NCBI GenBank assembly: GCA_951406725.2 | Contig: OX597824.1 | Location: 54,064,001-54,128,000 of the forward strand | Source: Octopus vulgaris | Lineage: Eukaryota | Length of the DNA stretch: 64,000 bases | Direction: 5' to 3' | In this document: positions 40,370-54,821 of the stretch, in pieces | Position numbering within the stretch: position 1 is the stretch's first letter | Layout: each line of letters opens with the position of its first letter | Position numbers and translations under genes: made by a program | The notes under the pieces: model-generated | Database searches by the model: none | What the model saw: only the letters and a program-made list of their open reading frames with translations | Told to the model about the DNA's origin: nothing

Positions 40370-42254
40370 AGTAAATGACTAAACTTAAAATATTGATGGG
40401 TTAATTTTTCTATGGGGAGGGGGGGGGGTAACAGAGTGTATAAGGAATAAAAAAAGTAAAATAAAAAATTTACCATAACGAGTTATGCCAATAGGTCTAG
40501 AAAAAGAGGGAGTGAAAGTGCCACAACATTTTGAAGTAATCATAATATTTCTTAAAATTATGTTAAAAGTACTGATTAATAGTTTATCATAAATAAAGTG
40601 TTACGGAGATGTACTTGCATAGCGAGTGACTTGATCTGAGATCATGTGCTGGAACGAAAACAATTGCAGCGTGGAAGGTGTTTATAAGCCATTTAAGAAA
40701 CACACAAAACCGTGCCCATCAATAATTAATAAATAAAGTGCCCATCAAGTAATTACATTTATTTACTTACTGATAAAGACCAACCACCTATTGCCTGTAA
40801 TGGGATTGACCAATGTCCAGCTTTCGATATAATTGGTCAATTAAATTTAAAAACAAAAGGCAAGGTATTTTTCAATGTTGTTGTTGTTGTTATTATTATT
40901 ATTATTATTATTATTCAGGTCACTGCTTGGAATCGAACTCGGAATCTTGGGGTTAGTAGCCTGCACTCTTAACCACTATGCCATATGCCCGTTGGCAATT
41001 ATGGAGTGAATTTTAGAGCTTACCCCCATTGAATACAACCAGATGGTGAGTCAGATGTGATAAGTCTGTTCACCAAAGTCCCAACTGCTGAAGCACTATC
41101 AGTGATTCAAGAAAAACTAGTGACAGACACCCATCTAAAAGATCGCACTAGTATATCACTAAGAAACTAGATGGAAATGTTGACCTGAGTAGAAACTACC
41201 TACTTCAGTATGGACACTGATATATATTGACAAGAAGAGGGTTTAGCTGTGGGTTCACTATTATCACTGATAATACCCAATATATACATGGAATACTTTG
41301 AGAATGTGGCTTTAGGATCAACACCACTAAAACCAATCCTATGGCTGCGATATGTTGATGACACCTTCATACTTTGGCCCCAGCAGGAAGATGTCCAAGT
41401 GCTGTTAGATCATGTGAACTCAATAAAGCCATCCATACAGTTCACAATGGAAAAAGAAAAAGACAATCAGCTAGCATTCCTGGACGTATTAATAACATGC
41501 ACCAAGTATGGATTCAGGACATCCATATACCACAAGCTGACCTTTACTGGACGATACCTCAACTCCCACCATCCATACAGTGTAAAGAGAGGGATTGCTC
41601 AGAGCCTAAAACATCAAGCAATGAATATAAGTAGCGATCGTGATACCCACCACAAAGAAATGATCAAGCTCAGTAACAATCTATTAAGCAACAACTACCC
41701 CAAAAGCATACTCTCCACTCCAATTATGAAGAAAAGAGAGGATGAAACCGATAAACTGTCCACAGTCTGTCTACCCTATGTGAAAGGCCTCTCCGAAAAG
41801 ATACAAAAGATATGCGGCCCATATGACATCAGGACAGTATTCAAAAGTAATACAACACTTCGCAAATATCTCCTTCGAGTAAAACCACCAATAGAAGAGA
41901 ATATGACCAAGAACTGTGTGTACTCCATCCCATGCAGCTGTGGTAGGTTAAACAAAGGCAAAACATGTCACCCACTTAAAATAAGGGTAGAGGAACATCA
42001 CAAAGCTGTGACACAGAGATATTGATAAATCGGGTATAGCTGATCATGTATGGAAAAATGGTGGGATGAAGTTAAAATAATAGACAGAGAACACCACTGT
42101 AAAATACAAAAACTAAAAGAAGCAGCACATATGCTAGGACACAACAACCTCCCAGACTGAGTGCAGATATGAACAGCATATGGGAACCAGTATTAAGGAA
42201 GGATAGGAGAACATTAGACTTCTAAGCCCTAAAGTTCACTCCATAACTGCCCAT

Positions 42255-42328
42255 GGGCACATGGTGTAGTGGTTAAGAGCGCGGGCTACTAACCCAAAGA
42301 TTCCGAGTTCGATTCCAGGCAGTGACCT
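42255..42328 (+). promoter_or_regulatory. tRNA-like Pol III (A/B box) cassette inside the PLE pseudo-LTR
   Basis: TGGTGTAGTGGTT (A box), GGGCT-ACT-AACCC anticodon-like loop and GAGTTCGATTCC (B box). The acceptor stem is poor. Confidence 0.7.
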
Positions 42329-42383
42329 GAACAATAACAATAATACCTTAGGAATGAGAACCCAGGTTTGAAATTTCCCCAAG

Positions 42384-42424
42384 ACACCTGATGAAGGCTG
42401 GAGGGTATATCAGCTGAAACGTGT
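42384..42424 (+). ncRNA. Type-I hammerhead motif in PLE pseudo-LTR
   Basis: acac-CUGAUGA-AG-GCUG(gaggguauau)CAGC-U-GAAA-C-gugu. The cleavage region appears shortened in this copy. Confidence 0.65.
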
Positions 42425-43561
42425 TAACAACAAACAAGATGAGGACAAATATCCATCACTTGTAAATAATGTACATAATTCCTCATCTCTTAAATTTAGA
42501 AAAGGCAAGCTATTAAGACCATTATATGGGTAGGTGTAAATAAATAAATAGATAAAAAATAAAGAATGGAAAAGAGTATACAGATAAATGTGATGTAAGA
42601 GATGTGAATTTACTAGTAAAAACAACAATTATCTCTAATTTTGTTTCACAAAATTAAAGATAATTGATAAGAAATACAGAATATAAATGATATAAAAAAA
42701 AATGGATGTATACAGTAGAAAACGGAACAGAAATGATGTCAAACATGGCAGCAAGAATGAATAAATAATCAGCTGGAATTAATTTAACTTTTTCTGCTGA
42801 GATATGCCAAAATAACAATTAGTCTGCTGCTACTTAGAATACAAGAGCTCAGATCTGAACATTAAATGTTGCTGTAATTTGACCAGTAGCTGACTTTAAA
42901 ACAACTGAAAACAATCAGTGAAGTACCATATGTAAAAAAAAAAAATTGTCTGTGTAGGTATAGTCTTGATGAGATCAGTTACCACCCAGTTACTATCTTT
43001 AACTAGGTCTAAGACTGAGCAATACTGTTAAACACTTACTGCTTCAACAATTCAATGTTACACCCTTCCCAAATTCATACTATCTCACATGTTGAGACAA
43101 ATGACAGGATATTCAAAAGTTTTATAGTTAGAAAAACATGACAAGAAAGAAGAAATGGAAGAGTGTAGGTGTTATGAAAGGAAATTTCATTGGAAGGCAG
43201 CCATATTCCTATTGCATTAGTAGTACATCAGAAATGCAGAATACTAGTAATGTACATATTTTAAAACAAATACCATTAAAATATAAAAATATCTTTAATG
43301 ATTCTGATATAAGTTTTAGTTATGGTAATTAGCTGCAGTGAACGCACTTTGTAAATTAGTTTCAACTGCACCAAGCTTCAGATGTTTAAGAGGTACAAGA
43401 TATTAAATAACTACATGATTTAGTGTTATGACTATTTATTCCAAAAACTAATATGCTTGTGACTTTAATAATCATGTCAAATGTGTACATAAGGGAGCAA
43501 CAGAAAATTGCTATCTGTTTCTTATTATGGCTGCAGGCAGGGCAGGCAGACAGACAGACAT

Positions 43562-46258
43562 GTTTCTTTATTGGCCACACAGGGCTGAATACAGAGGGGA
43601 CAAAATACAAAGTATAGCTTTTCTTTTTGGGAAGGAAAGAAAAAAAAGGGTGGGGTAGAATTTCGATCAAAGGAGATCGTGGAAAAAAAGTGGGGAGCTG
43701 ATCAATAGGGATCGTGTATCACAGAAATGTCATAGTGTAAAATGGGTAAGAGATTAGGTTTATCCATGGAAAGAAAAGCCTACGGAAAAGACCACGGTAA
43801 CCTCAGGCAATAAGGTCATGCAAAAGACATTACAGTAAGTGACTCATTTTTCCTTTCTTTTTCTGGTTTATAGGATTATGCTCAAGATGGCTCCGTCATT
43901 CACATGTGCCATCCTTGCTACTTTCACCCATCCTTTTTTGAAACATTCACTAGATAAAACTTCCCTCTCTACTCTCACCTTCCTCTTCAAGTGATACTTA
44001 AAGAAGTTGATGAGAAATTCACCAGAGAGGAAAGTGTTTGTCTCTAGACCTTTCAGACGCGTCCATCATACATATTCCTTCACCATAGCCACAAGTGCGA
44101 TGAAAATGGCTCTTCCTTCCCGTTTCAAGGAAGGAGGCGTGACAATATTCATGATAGACTCAGTTGATAAACTGACTTGTCCCACACGTGATAACAGTCG
44201 TTCGACATAGGCCCACAGATTGGAAATGGTTGGACACTGTACGAGTGCATGCAGAATGGTTTTGTCACTCTGACTGCATTTCGGGCAGGTCGACCACATG
44301 CTTCTTGAGCCATGCCTGTAGAGTTTATCCCAAACAGGTAGTGCTTCTCAATAGCACTGCCAGAGATCTCTGGAAGTTGTCCAAAGGTCCTGGCCCGAAA
44401 GTCGTCTTGAACAGGCAGGTCAGGTATTCCTCGTCAACGCCCAGGTTTGCCCCAAGATCGTCGTCGTACCTCCCCTCCACTAATCCCCTATAGAATGCTT
44501 TAGTTGTGTTGCAGTCACTCAAGGTTGACCCGAGACGGCATAGTTGCTTGAGAGCAACACGACACTCATGGTGCCATTCGCCCTTCCTCGGCCTCATTTT
44601 GATCCACGACAGCAGCTCAGTCATGGAGAGGAGCTGCGGGAAAGCGTGCCTCACAAACGGCAACCACACCTGTTCACCATCGTCTACATAGAGCCGGAGA
44701 TGTTGCAGTCTCAGTGCATGTCTGCGCATCACCAACCACGGCATGCCCAGCCCCCCTTTTAATGAGTGTTGGCAGCAAACAGATCACCTGACCATCGAAA
44801 CGCATCTTTTCCACAAGAAACAGAAGAGAATATGTTCCAATTTGGTGATGCTAGGCTCAGGATAAGGCATGACGGTCAGGTGGTAGTAGATGACAGACAT
44901 GATGTACGTGTTCGCCACCTCCACCCAACCTTTTAGGGACAGCTTCCTCTTGGCCCACTGGTAGGCAACACCCTACTCGTTATCTTGTTCCAGTTCCTCT
45001 CTGTTTGGAGGTCCAGACCAAACCAGACCCCGAGCAACTCAACCAGACCATTAGTTCAGCGTCCCACAGCGGAGGTGCTGTTGGATGGCATGGGATTGCT
45101 TCTCCAGGTGCCGAGCCACAAGCCCGCTGACTTTCCCTGGTTGATTTTTGGCCCTGATACCGCTTCGTAGTCTTTCAGTGTCTCGCTAACCAGCACAATG
45201 TGCTCCTGGCTAGACATTATGACGGTGATATTATCCGCGTATGCAGACACACTCGTCCCGCATCCCAATTCTCATGTGATGCCTCTCAGTGTTGCCAGCC
45301 TCTGCAGTAGTGGTTCGAGAGTCAATACATACAGAAGCGATGAGAGGGAGCATCCCTGACGGACCAAACGTGCAAAGTCAAAAGGTCTTGGTAGATGTCC
45401 ATTCACGTGAATTACCAAATGGATGCCTCTGTACAAAGCAGCTATCCAGCTGCGGAAGACAGGACCAAAACCAGCTGCTATGAGAACAGCCACCAAGTAT
45501 CAGTGGTCTACCCTATCGAAAGCTTTGGATTGATCCAAATTGATCAGGGCCTCACCCATGCCAGGTTCCTTAACTACCCTGTCTATGATGTAGCTCATCA
45601 GATGGAGGGTGTCATGGATGCTCCGGCACAGTGCACATTTGCGCCTTGTCGACCAGTTTCTCAATGACAAGCATCAACCTCTTGGCTAACACCGTTGTCA
45701 AAATTTTATAATCTGCATTGAGCAGAGTGATGGACCTAAAGTTATCTATTACGTCCCTCTTGTTTGGATCATTCTTCAGCTGCATTATGGCTCCTCGGAT
45801 CATACTTCAGCAGTGTTATGGCTTCTCAGCACACAAAACCGGGGATGCTCCCATTTTACTGCAAGTTTCAGTACACTACTGCCAAGACATCTCTAAACAA
45901 GTCTGGCATACTACTGTAAAGCTTATAGGGTAGACAATCCAAACCCGGCAATTTGTCCCCCGAGCATTCTGCCATCGCCTCCCGCACTTCCGGGCCGTGA
46001 TGGCACCTTTGCAGCACTCTGCCTCTCTTGTCAAGAGTCGTGGTAGGCTGCGCAGATAGGTATTGAAGTCCACCTTGCGTTCTCGCTCGCCATTCGTCCC
46101 AAACAGTCGGGCAAAATGCTGCTGAAAGGCCACACACATTTTACTTAGCTTAAGTAATTTGTTACCCTGTTGCGCCTTTGCCACCCAGGCCTCTCATGTG
46201 GATCCAACACCTTTGCTCCTTAGAGCACACATCCTAGCCATCACAACACACCCTTCAT
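43562..46258 (-). mobile_element. Tx1/L1-clade non-LTR retrotransposon, 5'-truncated and degraded
   Basis: PGLD.LPY..Y, NFRSITLLNADYKIL, VRQGCSLS, AYADN and CPKC...HALVQC. AATAAA at the 3' end abuts (TCTG)n. Confidence 0.85.
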
Positions 46259-46682
46259 GTACCAGTGACACGTAAAAAGCACCTTCGCTCCTTAGAGCAC
46301 ACATCCTAGCCATGACAACACACCCTTCATGTGCTGGTGGCACGTAAAAAGCACCATTCGAGAGTGATAGTTACCTGCGTTGCCTTACTGGCACTTGTGC
46401 TGGTTGCACATGAAAATACATTCGAGCGAGGTGGTAGCCAGTGTCGCTGGACTGGCCCCTGTGCAGGTGGCATGTAAAAAGCAACATTTGAGCATGGCCA
46501 TTGCCAGTAGCATGTAACAGCACCCACTACACTCTCAGAGTGGTTAGCGTTAGGAAGGGCATCCAGCTATAGATACTCTGCCAGAACAGATTGAAGCCTG
46601 GTGCAGGCATCTGGTTCGCCAAACCTCAGTCAAATCGTCCAACTCATGCTAGCATGGAATGCAGACATTAAACAATGATGAT
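46259..46682 (+). mobile_element. RTE 3'-UTR fragment
   Basis: gcacgtaaaaagcacc units, ttaggaagggcatccagc and a GAT tail. Confidence 0.8.
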
Positions 46683-46750
46683 ACATACATACATACATAC
46701 ATACATAAATATACATACAGACATGCACATACATACATATATATACACAC

Positions 46751-46785
<35 letters not shown>

Positions 46786-47625
46786 AATATATATACATAC
46801 ATATATATATATACATATGTATACATACATACCTATGCATACATATACATACATATATATATATACATATGTATACATACATACCTATGCATACATATAC
46901 ATACATATATATATATACATATGTATACATACATACCTATGCATACATATACATACATATATATATATACGTATGCATACATACATACCTATGCATACAT
47001 ATACATACATATATATATATACGTATGCATACATACATACATACCTATGCATACATATACATATATATATACGTATGCATACATACATACCTATGCATAC
47101 ATATACATACATATATATATATATATATACGTATGCATACATACATACCTATGCATACATATACATATATATATACGTATGCATACATACATACCTATGC
47201 ATACATATACATACATATATATATATATATATATACGTATGCATACATACATACCTATGCATACATATACATATATATATATATATATATACGTATGCAT
47301 ACATACATACCTATGCATACATATATATATATATATATACGTACATATATATATATATACATACATACATATATATATACATACATACATATATATATAC
47401 ATACATACATACATATATATACATACATACATATATATATACATACATACATATATATATACATACATACATATATATATACATACATACATATATATAT
47501 ACATACATACATACATATATATACATACATACATACATATACATACATACATACATATATATATACATACATACATATATACATATACATACATACATAC
47601 ATACATATACATACATACATACATA

Positions 47626-47657
<32 letters not shown>

Positions 47658-48060
47658 CATACATATATATATACATACATACATACATATATATATACAT
47701 ACATATATATATACATACATACATATATATATACATACATACATATATATATACATACATATATATATATATACATACATATATATATACATACATACAT
47801 ATATATATACATACATACATACATACATATATACATACATATATATATACATACATATATATATATACATACATATATATATACATACATATATATATAT
47901 ATACATACATATATATATACATACATACATATATATACATACATACATATATATATATACATATATATATATACATACATATATATATACATACATACAT
48001 ATATATATACATATATATATACATACATATATATATACATACATATATATATATACATAC

Positions 48061-48099
<39 letters not shown>

Positions 48100-48146
48100 C
48101 ATATATATACATACATACATATATATACATACATACATATATATAC

Positions 48147-48185
<39 letters not shown>

Positions 48186-49645
48186 CATATATATACATAC
48201 ATACATATATACATACATACATATATATACATACATACATATATATACATACATACATATATATACATACATACATATATATATATACATACATACATAT
48301 ATATATATACATACATACATATATATATATACATACATATATATATATACATACATATATATATATACATACATACATATATATATATACATACATACAT
48401 ATATATATACATACATACATATATATATATACATACATACATATATATATATACATACATACATATATATATATACATACATACATATATATATATACAT
48501 ACATACATATATATATATACATACATACATATATATATATACATACATACATATATATATACATACATACATATATATATATATACATACATATATATAT
48601 ATATATATACATACATATATATATATACATACATACATACATACATATATACATACATATATATATATATACATACATACATATATATATACATACATAC
48701 ATACATACATATATATATATACATACATACATATATATATATATACATACATACATATATATATATATACATACATACATATATATATATATACATACAT
48801 ACATATATATATATATACATACATACATATATATATATATACATACATACATATATATATATACATACATACATATATATATATACATACATACATATAT
48901 ATATATACATACATACATATATATATATACATACATACATATATATATATATACATACATACATATATATATATACATACATACATATATATATATACAC
49001 ATACATACATATATATATATACACATACATACATATATATATATACACATACATACATATATATATATACACATACATACATATATATATATATATACAT
49101 ACATATATATATATACACATACATACATATATATATACACACATACATACATATATACATATACACATACATACATATATACATATACACATACATACAT
49201 ATATATATATACACATACATACATATATATATATACACATACATACATATATATATATACACATACATACATATATATATATACACATACATACATATAT
49301 ATATATATACACATACATATATATATACATACACACATATATATATATACATACATACATATATATATATATATACATACATACATATATATATACATAC
49401 ATACATATATATATATACACATACATATATATATATACACATACATATATATATATATATACACATACATATATATATATATACACACATACATATATAT
49501 ATATATATACACATACATATATATATATATACACATACATACATATATATATATATATATACACATACATACATATATATATATATATACACATACATAC
49601 ATACATATATACATACATACATACATACATATATATATACATACA
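46683..49645. repeat. ~3 kb compound (TA)n/(TACA)n microsatellite
   Basis: Directly visible. The first ~550 bp has a higher-order unit containing acctatgc/acgtatgc. Confidence 0.97.
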
Positions 49646-49647
49646 TT

Positions 49648-50475
49648 TGCTATGATGATTCGGTGTCTGACTGAAGATTGAAGGCTTCGAATGATTTGTC
49701 TGTGTTCCGTGTTCGTCCCTTCCTGTATTTCACGTTCATTATATAAAAAAACATTCATTCTTATATTATTGCGGCGTTACGTGCACCCCCCCGTTTGTTT
49801 GTCCAATTTTAAACCCTGCACGACTTCTATACACACTGTCTTTCCTACCCGCCATTGCTTCTTCACCAAACTTTTTGGCGCCCTCCGATTCTTCCCCTCT
49901 CTTCCTCCCATCCTCCTCCCCTCTTCCTCCCATCCTCCTTAATCCCTTCTTTCTCCTTTTCTCTTGGTCACTGATTCTGTCCCCTGCCTTCCACCCTCTT
50001 TGATTCCCTCTCTCTCTGTCTCTCTCTCTCTCCTGCAACCTGCTGCTTCTTAAACCATTCTGTTGGCCATCGTATCTCGACCAACATGTGTCCCCGCTAC
50101 CGAAACGGTAATTATTTCTACGCCAGCTATGTTGTTGTTGTTTTTGTCTCATTTGGTCTAAAGTCGTATGACAACCACCGTTATATATATTTTGTTTATT
50201 CATTACTGTTTTCAATTTCGTTTTCGTCTCTTGTATTTACATCCGTCTTGTGCGTTCACATTCCTGTCTTCTACCAAGAAATCTAATGCTTACAGCTTAG
50301 TTTTTTTCTTGGGGCTGGCCGAGTTGGAGCAAATATCAGAATTGAACAGCCAAAATTTGCTATGATGATTCGGTGTCTGACTGAAGATTGAAGGCTTCGA
50401 ATGATTTGTCTGTGTTCCGTGTTCGTCCCTTCCTGTATTTCACGTTCATTATATATAAAAACATTCATTCTTACA
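49648..50475. mobile_element. Small LTR-like/TRIM-like element with 118 bp direct repeats
   Basis: 49648-49765 and 50358-50475 differ at 2 positions; TG...(T/C)A ends. Embedded in microsatellite. Confidence 0.65.
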
Positions 50476-51126
50476 TATATATATACATACATACATATAT
50501 ATACATACATACATATACACATATATACATACATATATATATATATACATACATACATATACACATATATACATACATATATATATATATACATACATAC
50601 ATATACACATATATACATACATATATATATATACATACATACATATACACATATATACATACATATATATATACATACATACATATACACATATATACAT
50701 ACATATATATATATATACATACATACATATACACATATATACATACATATATATATATACATACATACATATACACATATATACATACATATATATATAC
50801 ATACATATATATATACATACATATATATATACATATATATATACATACATATACACATATATACATACATATATATATACATACATATACACATATATAC
50901 ATACATATATATACATACATACATACACACATATATACATACATACATACATATACACATATATACATACATATATACAAACATATATACATATACACAC
51001 ATATATACACATATATACATACATATATACACATATATATATACATATATACACATATATATATACACACATATACATATATACACACATATACATACAC
51101 ACATACATACATATATACACACATAT

Positions 51127-51171
<45 letters not shown>
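50476..51171. repeat. (TA/TACA/CA)n microsatellite
   Basis: Directly visible. Confidence 0.95.
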
Positions 51172-53910
51172 CATCATCATCATCATCGTTTAATGTCCGT
51201 TCTCCATGCTAGCATGGGTTGTACAGTTCGACCGGGGATCTGGGAAGCCAGAAGGCTGCACCAGGCTCCGGTCTTATCTGGCAATGTTTCTACAGCTGGA
51301 TGCCCTTCCTAACGCCAACCACTCCGTGAGTGTAGTGGGTGCTTTTTACGTGCCACCTGCACTGGTGCCAGGCGAGGCTGGCATCGGCCACGGTCGGATT
51401 GGTGCATTTTACGTGCCACCTGCACGGAAGCCAGTCGAGGTGGCACTGGCTTCAGTCACGATTCGGATGGTGCTTTTTACGTGCCACCGACACGGAAGCC
51501 AGTTGAGGTGGCGCTGGCAACGGCCACGATTCAGATAGTGCTTTTTACGTATCTCCAGTCCAGGGGTCCTGGCATCTGCCGGGTGCCAGTCATAGGATTG
51601 GTTCAATTTCGATTCCGATTTCACATGCTGTCGAGCATACACACTGACATTACACATCCATCGGAGCATACTGGCTTCATTTCTCGCGAGCTTACGCATG
51701 TCCTCAGCAGTCACGGCTCATGTTTCACTGCCATGTAGCATGGCTGTTCGTACACATGCATCATACAGTCTGCCTTTTACTCTGAGCGAGAGGCCTTTAG
51801 TCACCAGCAGAGGTAAGAGCTCCCTAAACTTTGCCCAGGCTATTCTTACTCTAGCCGTTACACTTTCAGCCCCCCCCCCCACTACTGACTTGGTCACCAA
51901 GATAACGGAAGCTATCAATTACTTCTAGTTTTCCCCCTGGAAAGTGATGGAAGTTGTTTTCTGCAGATTTTCAGAGGTTAATGCTCCCGAGCATCTGCCA
52001 CATACAAAAACCACCTTCCTAGTTAGCCTTCCTTTGACATTACTGCACCTCTTATGTGTCCAAAGCTTACACTTGGTGCATCTTATAGAGTTTCTACCTA
52101 CACCTTTTCTACAGATCGAGCAGGGCCATCTACCTGAAGGCGTTTGTGATTTGTCTACTCTCCTACTTATTATGACTTTGGTTTTAGCTAGATTGACTCT
52201 AAGGCCCTTCGATTCTAAACCTTGCTTCCACACCTGAAACTTCTCCTCCAGTTCTGATAGTGACTCAGCAATTAGAGCAAGGTCATCAGCATAGAGGAGC
52301 TCCCAGGGGCATCCTGTCTTGAATTCCTCCGTTATTGCCTGGAGGACTATGATAAATAGGAGGGGGCTGAGGACTGAGCCTTGGTGGACCCCTACCTCTA
52401 CCCGGAATTCTTCACTGTACTCGTTGCCAACCCTCACCTTACTAGCAGCGTCCCTGTACATAGCTCGCACAGCTCTCACTAACCATTCATCTATCCCTAG
52501 TTTCCTCATTGACCACCAGATGAGGGATCGGGGAACCCTGTTGAAGGCTTTCTCCATGTCAACAAAAGCCAGGTACAGGGCCTTATCTTTGGCTAGGTAT
52601 TTCTCCTGCAGCTGCCTTACCAGGAATATAGCATCAGTGGCACAATCCAAACTGCATCTCATCTAAACTAACTCTCTCTCTAATTAGTTGGGCTATGACC
52701 CTCTCTGTAACCTTCATCACCTGATCCAACAGCTTGATACCTCTGATATTATTTATATCTAGGGCGTCACCTTTACCTTTGTAGCAGTTGACTATTATGC
52801 TGCTACACCAGTCATTGGGTATGACTCCTTCGTGTATCACCTGATTAACTATACGGGTGACTAGGCTATAGCCGACACTACCAGATATTTTGAGCATCTC
52901 TGCAATGATTCCTGATGGGCCTGGGGCTTTCCCTGTCTTCATGCTTCTAATTGCCTTAACTACCAAGGAACTATCAACTCTGATAGCTAGTCCCTCTGTT
53001 GGGTCAACATTCGGCAGACTCTCTTTATCCCATTCATTTTGTTTATTCAGCAACCTTTCATAGTGGCGTCTCCAAACCTCTCTCTTTGCATCCTCATTTA
53101 GCGCAAGTGAACCATCTTCCATGCGAACACACTTCTCTCCTACCACATCACAATTCTCTCTCACACACTGTCTTGCAACGCGAAAACCCTCCAGTCTTTG
53201 GTCCTCACGGCACAGAACATTGGCAAATTTTTTCTTATCTGCTTCGCCTCTGGCTAAATACACCTGTCTCCTAGCTTCCCTTTTAGCAGTCTGATACAAT
53301 TCCCTGCTACCACCATTCTTCCAGTATTTCCAAGTTTGTCTCTTTTCTCTAATAGTCCTGTCTACAACAATGTTCCACCACCACGTAACCTTGGGACGAG
53401 AGGGGACTTTGCACCAGCCACAGATCTGGTCAGTGGCTCTCAGCAGGTTGTCCCTTAGAAACGTCCAGTTGCCCCCTACCCCATGTGATACTCTATCCCC
53501 TTCTACTTCGTCAAAGGCTTCAAGTAGCATGTCCCTAAATCTCTGTCCATCGCAGGATCTTTAAGCTTCCAGATCCTTCTTCTCCATGTTGGTCGTCTTC
53601 TGGTTGTCCTCCTAGTCCTGATCCTAAAGTCACTAAGTACCAGTCTATGTTGTGGAGGTACATTCTTCGCCTGGGAAGGTTTTGGCATTTATAAGTAGCC
53701 ATCTCTACCTTTGCCTGGCAAGGATGTAGTCAATTTGGCTGGTATGTTGGCCCGATCGGTAGGTGACTAGGTGGCTGGTAGGTTTTCTAGAAGTTAGTGT
53801 TGCAAATCATAAGATTATTTGCATCGCAGAACTCCAGCAGCCTGGTTCCCTCCTCGTTGCGGGAACCATAGCCATAGCCTCCATGTACGCCATGGAAGCC
53901 CCCAGCACCC
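51172..53910 (-). mobile_element. RTE LINE, best-preserved copy (EN end + RT)
   Basis: ORFs 52634-53530 and 51925-52662 (GVHQGSVLSP, LYADD) are separated by a frameshift. A deletion near 51625 joins coding sequence to the 3' UTR; (GAT)n tail. Confidence 0.95.
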
Positions 53911-54625
53911 CAAACTAGGAAGAGGATTCTGTATTATCGTGAGAGCAAGAAAGTAGGTTTGAAAAATCTGAGAAAGTCAAATTTTAGGGGAACGATAAGT
54001 GGCTATGAAACGGGAGCAACAGGGAGACAAGACTAAACAAAAAACATTACATGAATGGCATGTCGAAAACTGAAAGAATAATATGATGAGAGGATACTGA
54101 AAGAATAATATGATGAGAGGGTACTGAAAGAAAATATGATGAGAGGGTACTGAAAGAATAATATGAGAAAAAAATTGAAGAATAATGAAAGAATAATGAT
54201 GATACGTGCAAAGGGTAGGAGAAAGCGAGGTTGAAAGAAGAAATCTTAACTTTAACCGTTCATGAGCTGTGCGTTCGTAGTGGAGTTGGAAGCGAGTGGG
54301 GTTCCCGATTTGCGTTCGCTAGTTTATATATGGCGATGATGGTTATCGAAAGACGGGGGCATATAGAAACATAGGGAGAGGGACAGGGTTAGTTAGGGAG
54401 GGGGGAGAGAAGTGGTCAAGGAACACGTGGGTGGAAGCTGTGTGAGGGGCTTTGACTAGCATAGTTGAAACGAGACAACAGTGTCGATAATATTTGTTAT
54501 ATATATATACACATATATACCTGTAAATATACATACATACACATATATATACATGTATATATATACATACATATTTATATATACAAACATATGTATTCAT
54601 ATACATATGTATACACAAAGGATAT

Positions 54626-54719
54626 CGCGGTACATGTGTTTCAAGCTTTATAAACAATCCGTTATTACATCAGTGTATTTATTGATATAAAAGCTAGTTT
54701 AAAACGCTCTTCAGTCGCA
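54626..54719 (-). ncRNA. Degenerate type-I hammerhead motif with long stem II
   Basis: ugcga-CUGAAGA-gcguuuuaaac...guuuauaaagc-uu-GAAA-CACAUG-UA-ccgcg. Confidence 0.5.
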
Positions 54720-54821
54720 AACATTATTAGTCCAAAGATTACATCACAATATAAAAAATATAAAATACATGTAGTATTACACATTATCATATCTCCTTGA
54801 AAAAGTATATTTGTATAATTG

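Larger units (their letters stand above)
40862..42500 (+). mobile_element. Poseidon/Penelope-type PLE, 5'-truncated, with inverted partial pLTR at the 5' end
   Basis: RT motifs DVISLFTKVP, GSLLS..NIYMEYFE, WLRYVDDTF and LAFLDV; GIY-YIG remnant VYSIPCSCG..G.T..R..EH. 40862-41022 is an inverted copy of 42223-42351. Confidence 0.9.

Noticed and set aside
42255-42328. Possible tRNA gene (ACT anticodon-like loop)
   Set aside because: The acceptor and T stems pair poorly and it is embedded in a PLE repeat; treated as tRNA-derived.
49673-49695. CTGAAGA..GAA in the 118 bp repeat as a hammerhead
   Set aside because: There is no viable stem II loop, no GAAA and no stem I/III pairing.
46630-51312. Very long (up to 999 aa) Y/I/H/T and V/C/M ORFs
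   Set aside because: These are translations of stop-free (TA/TACA)n microsatellite, open in all frames.
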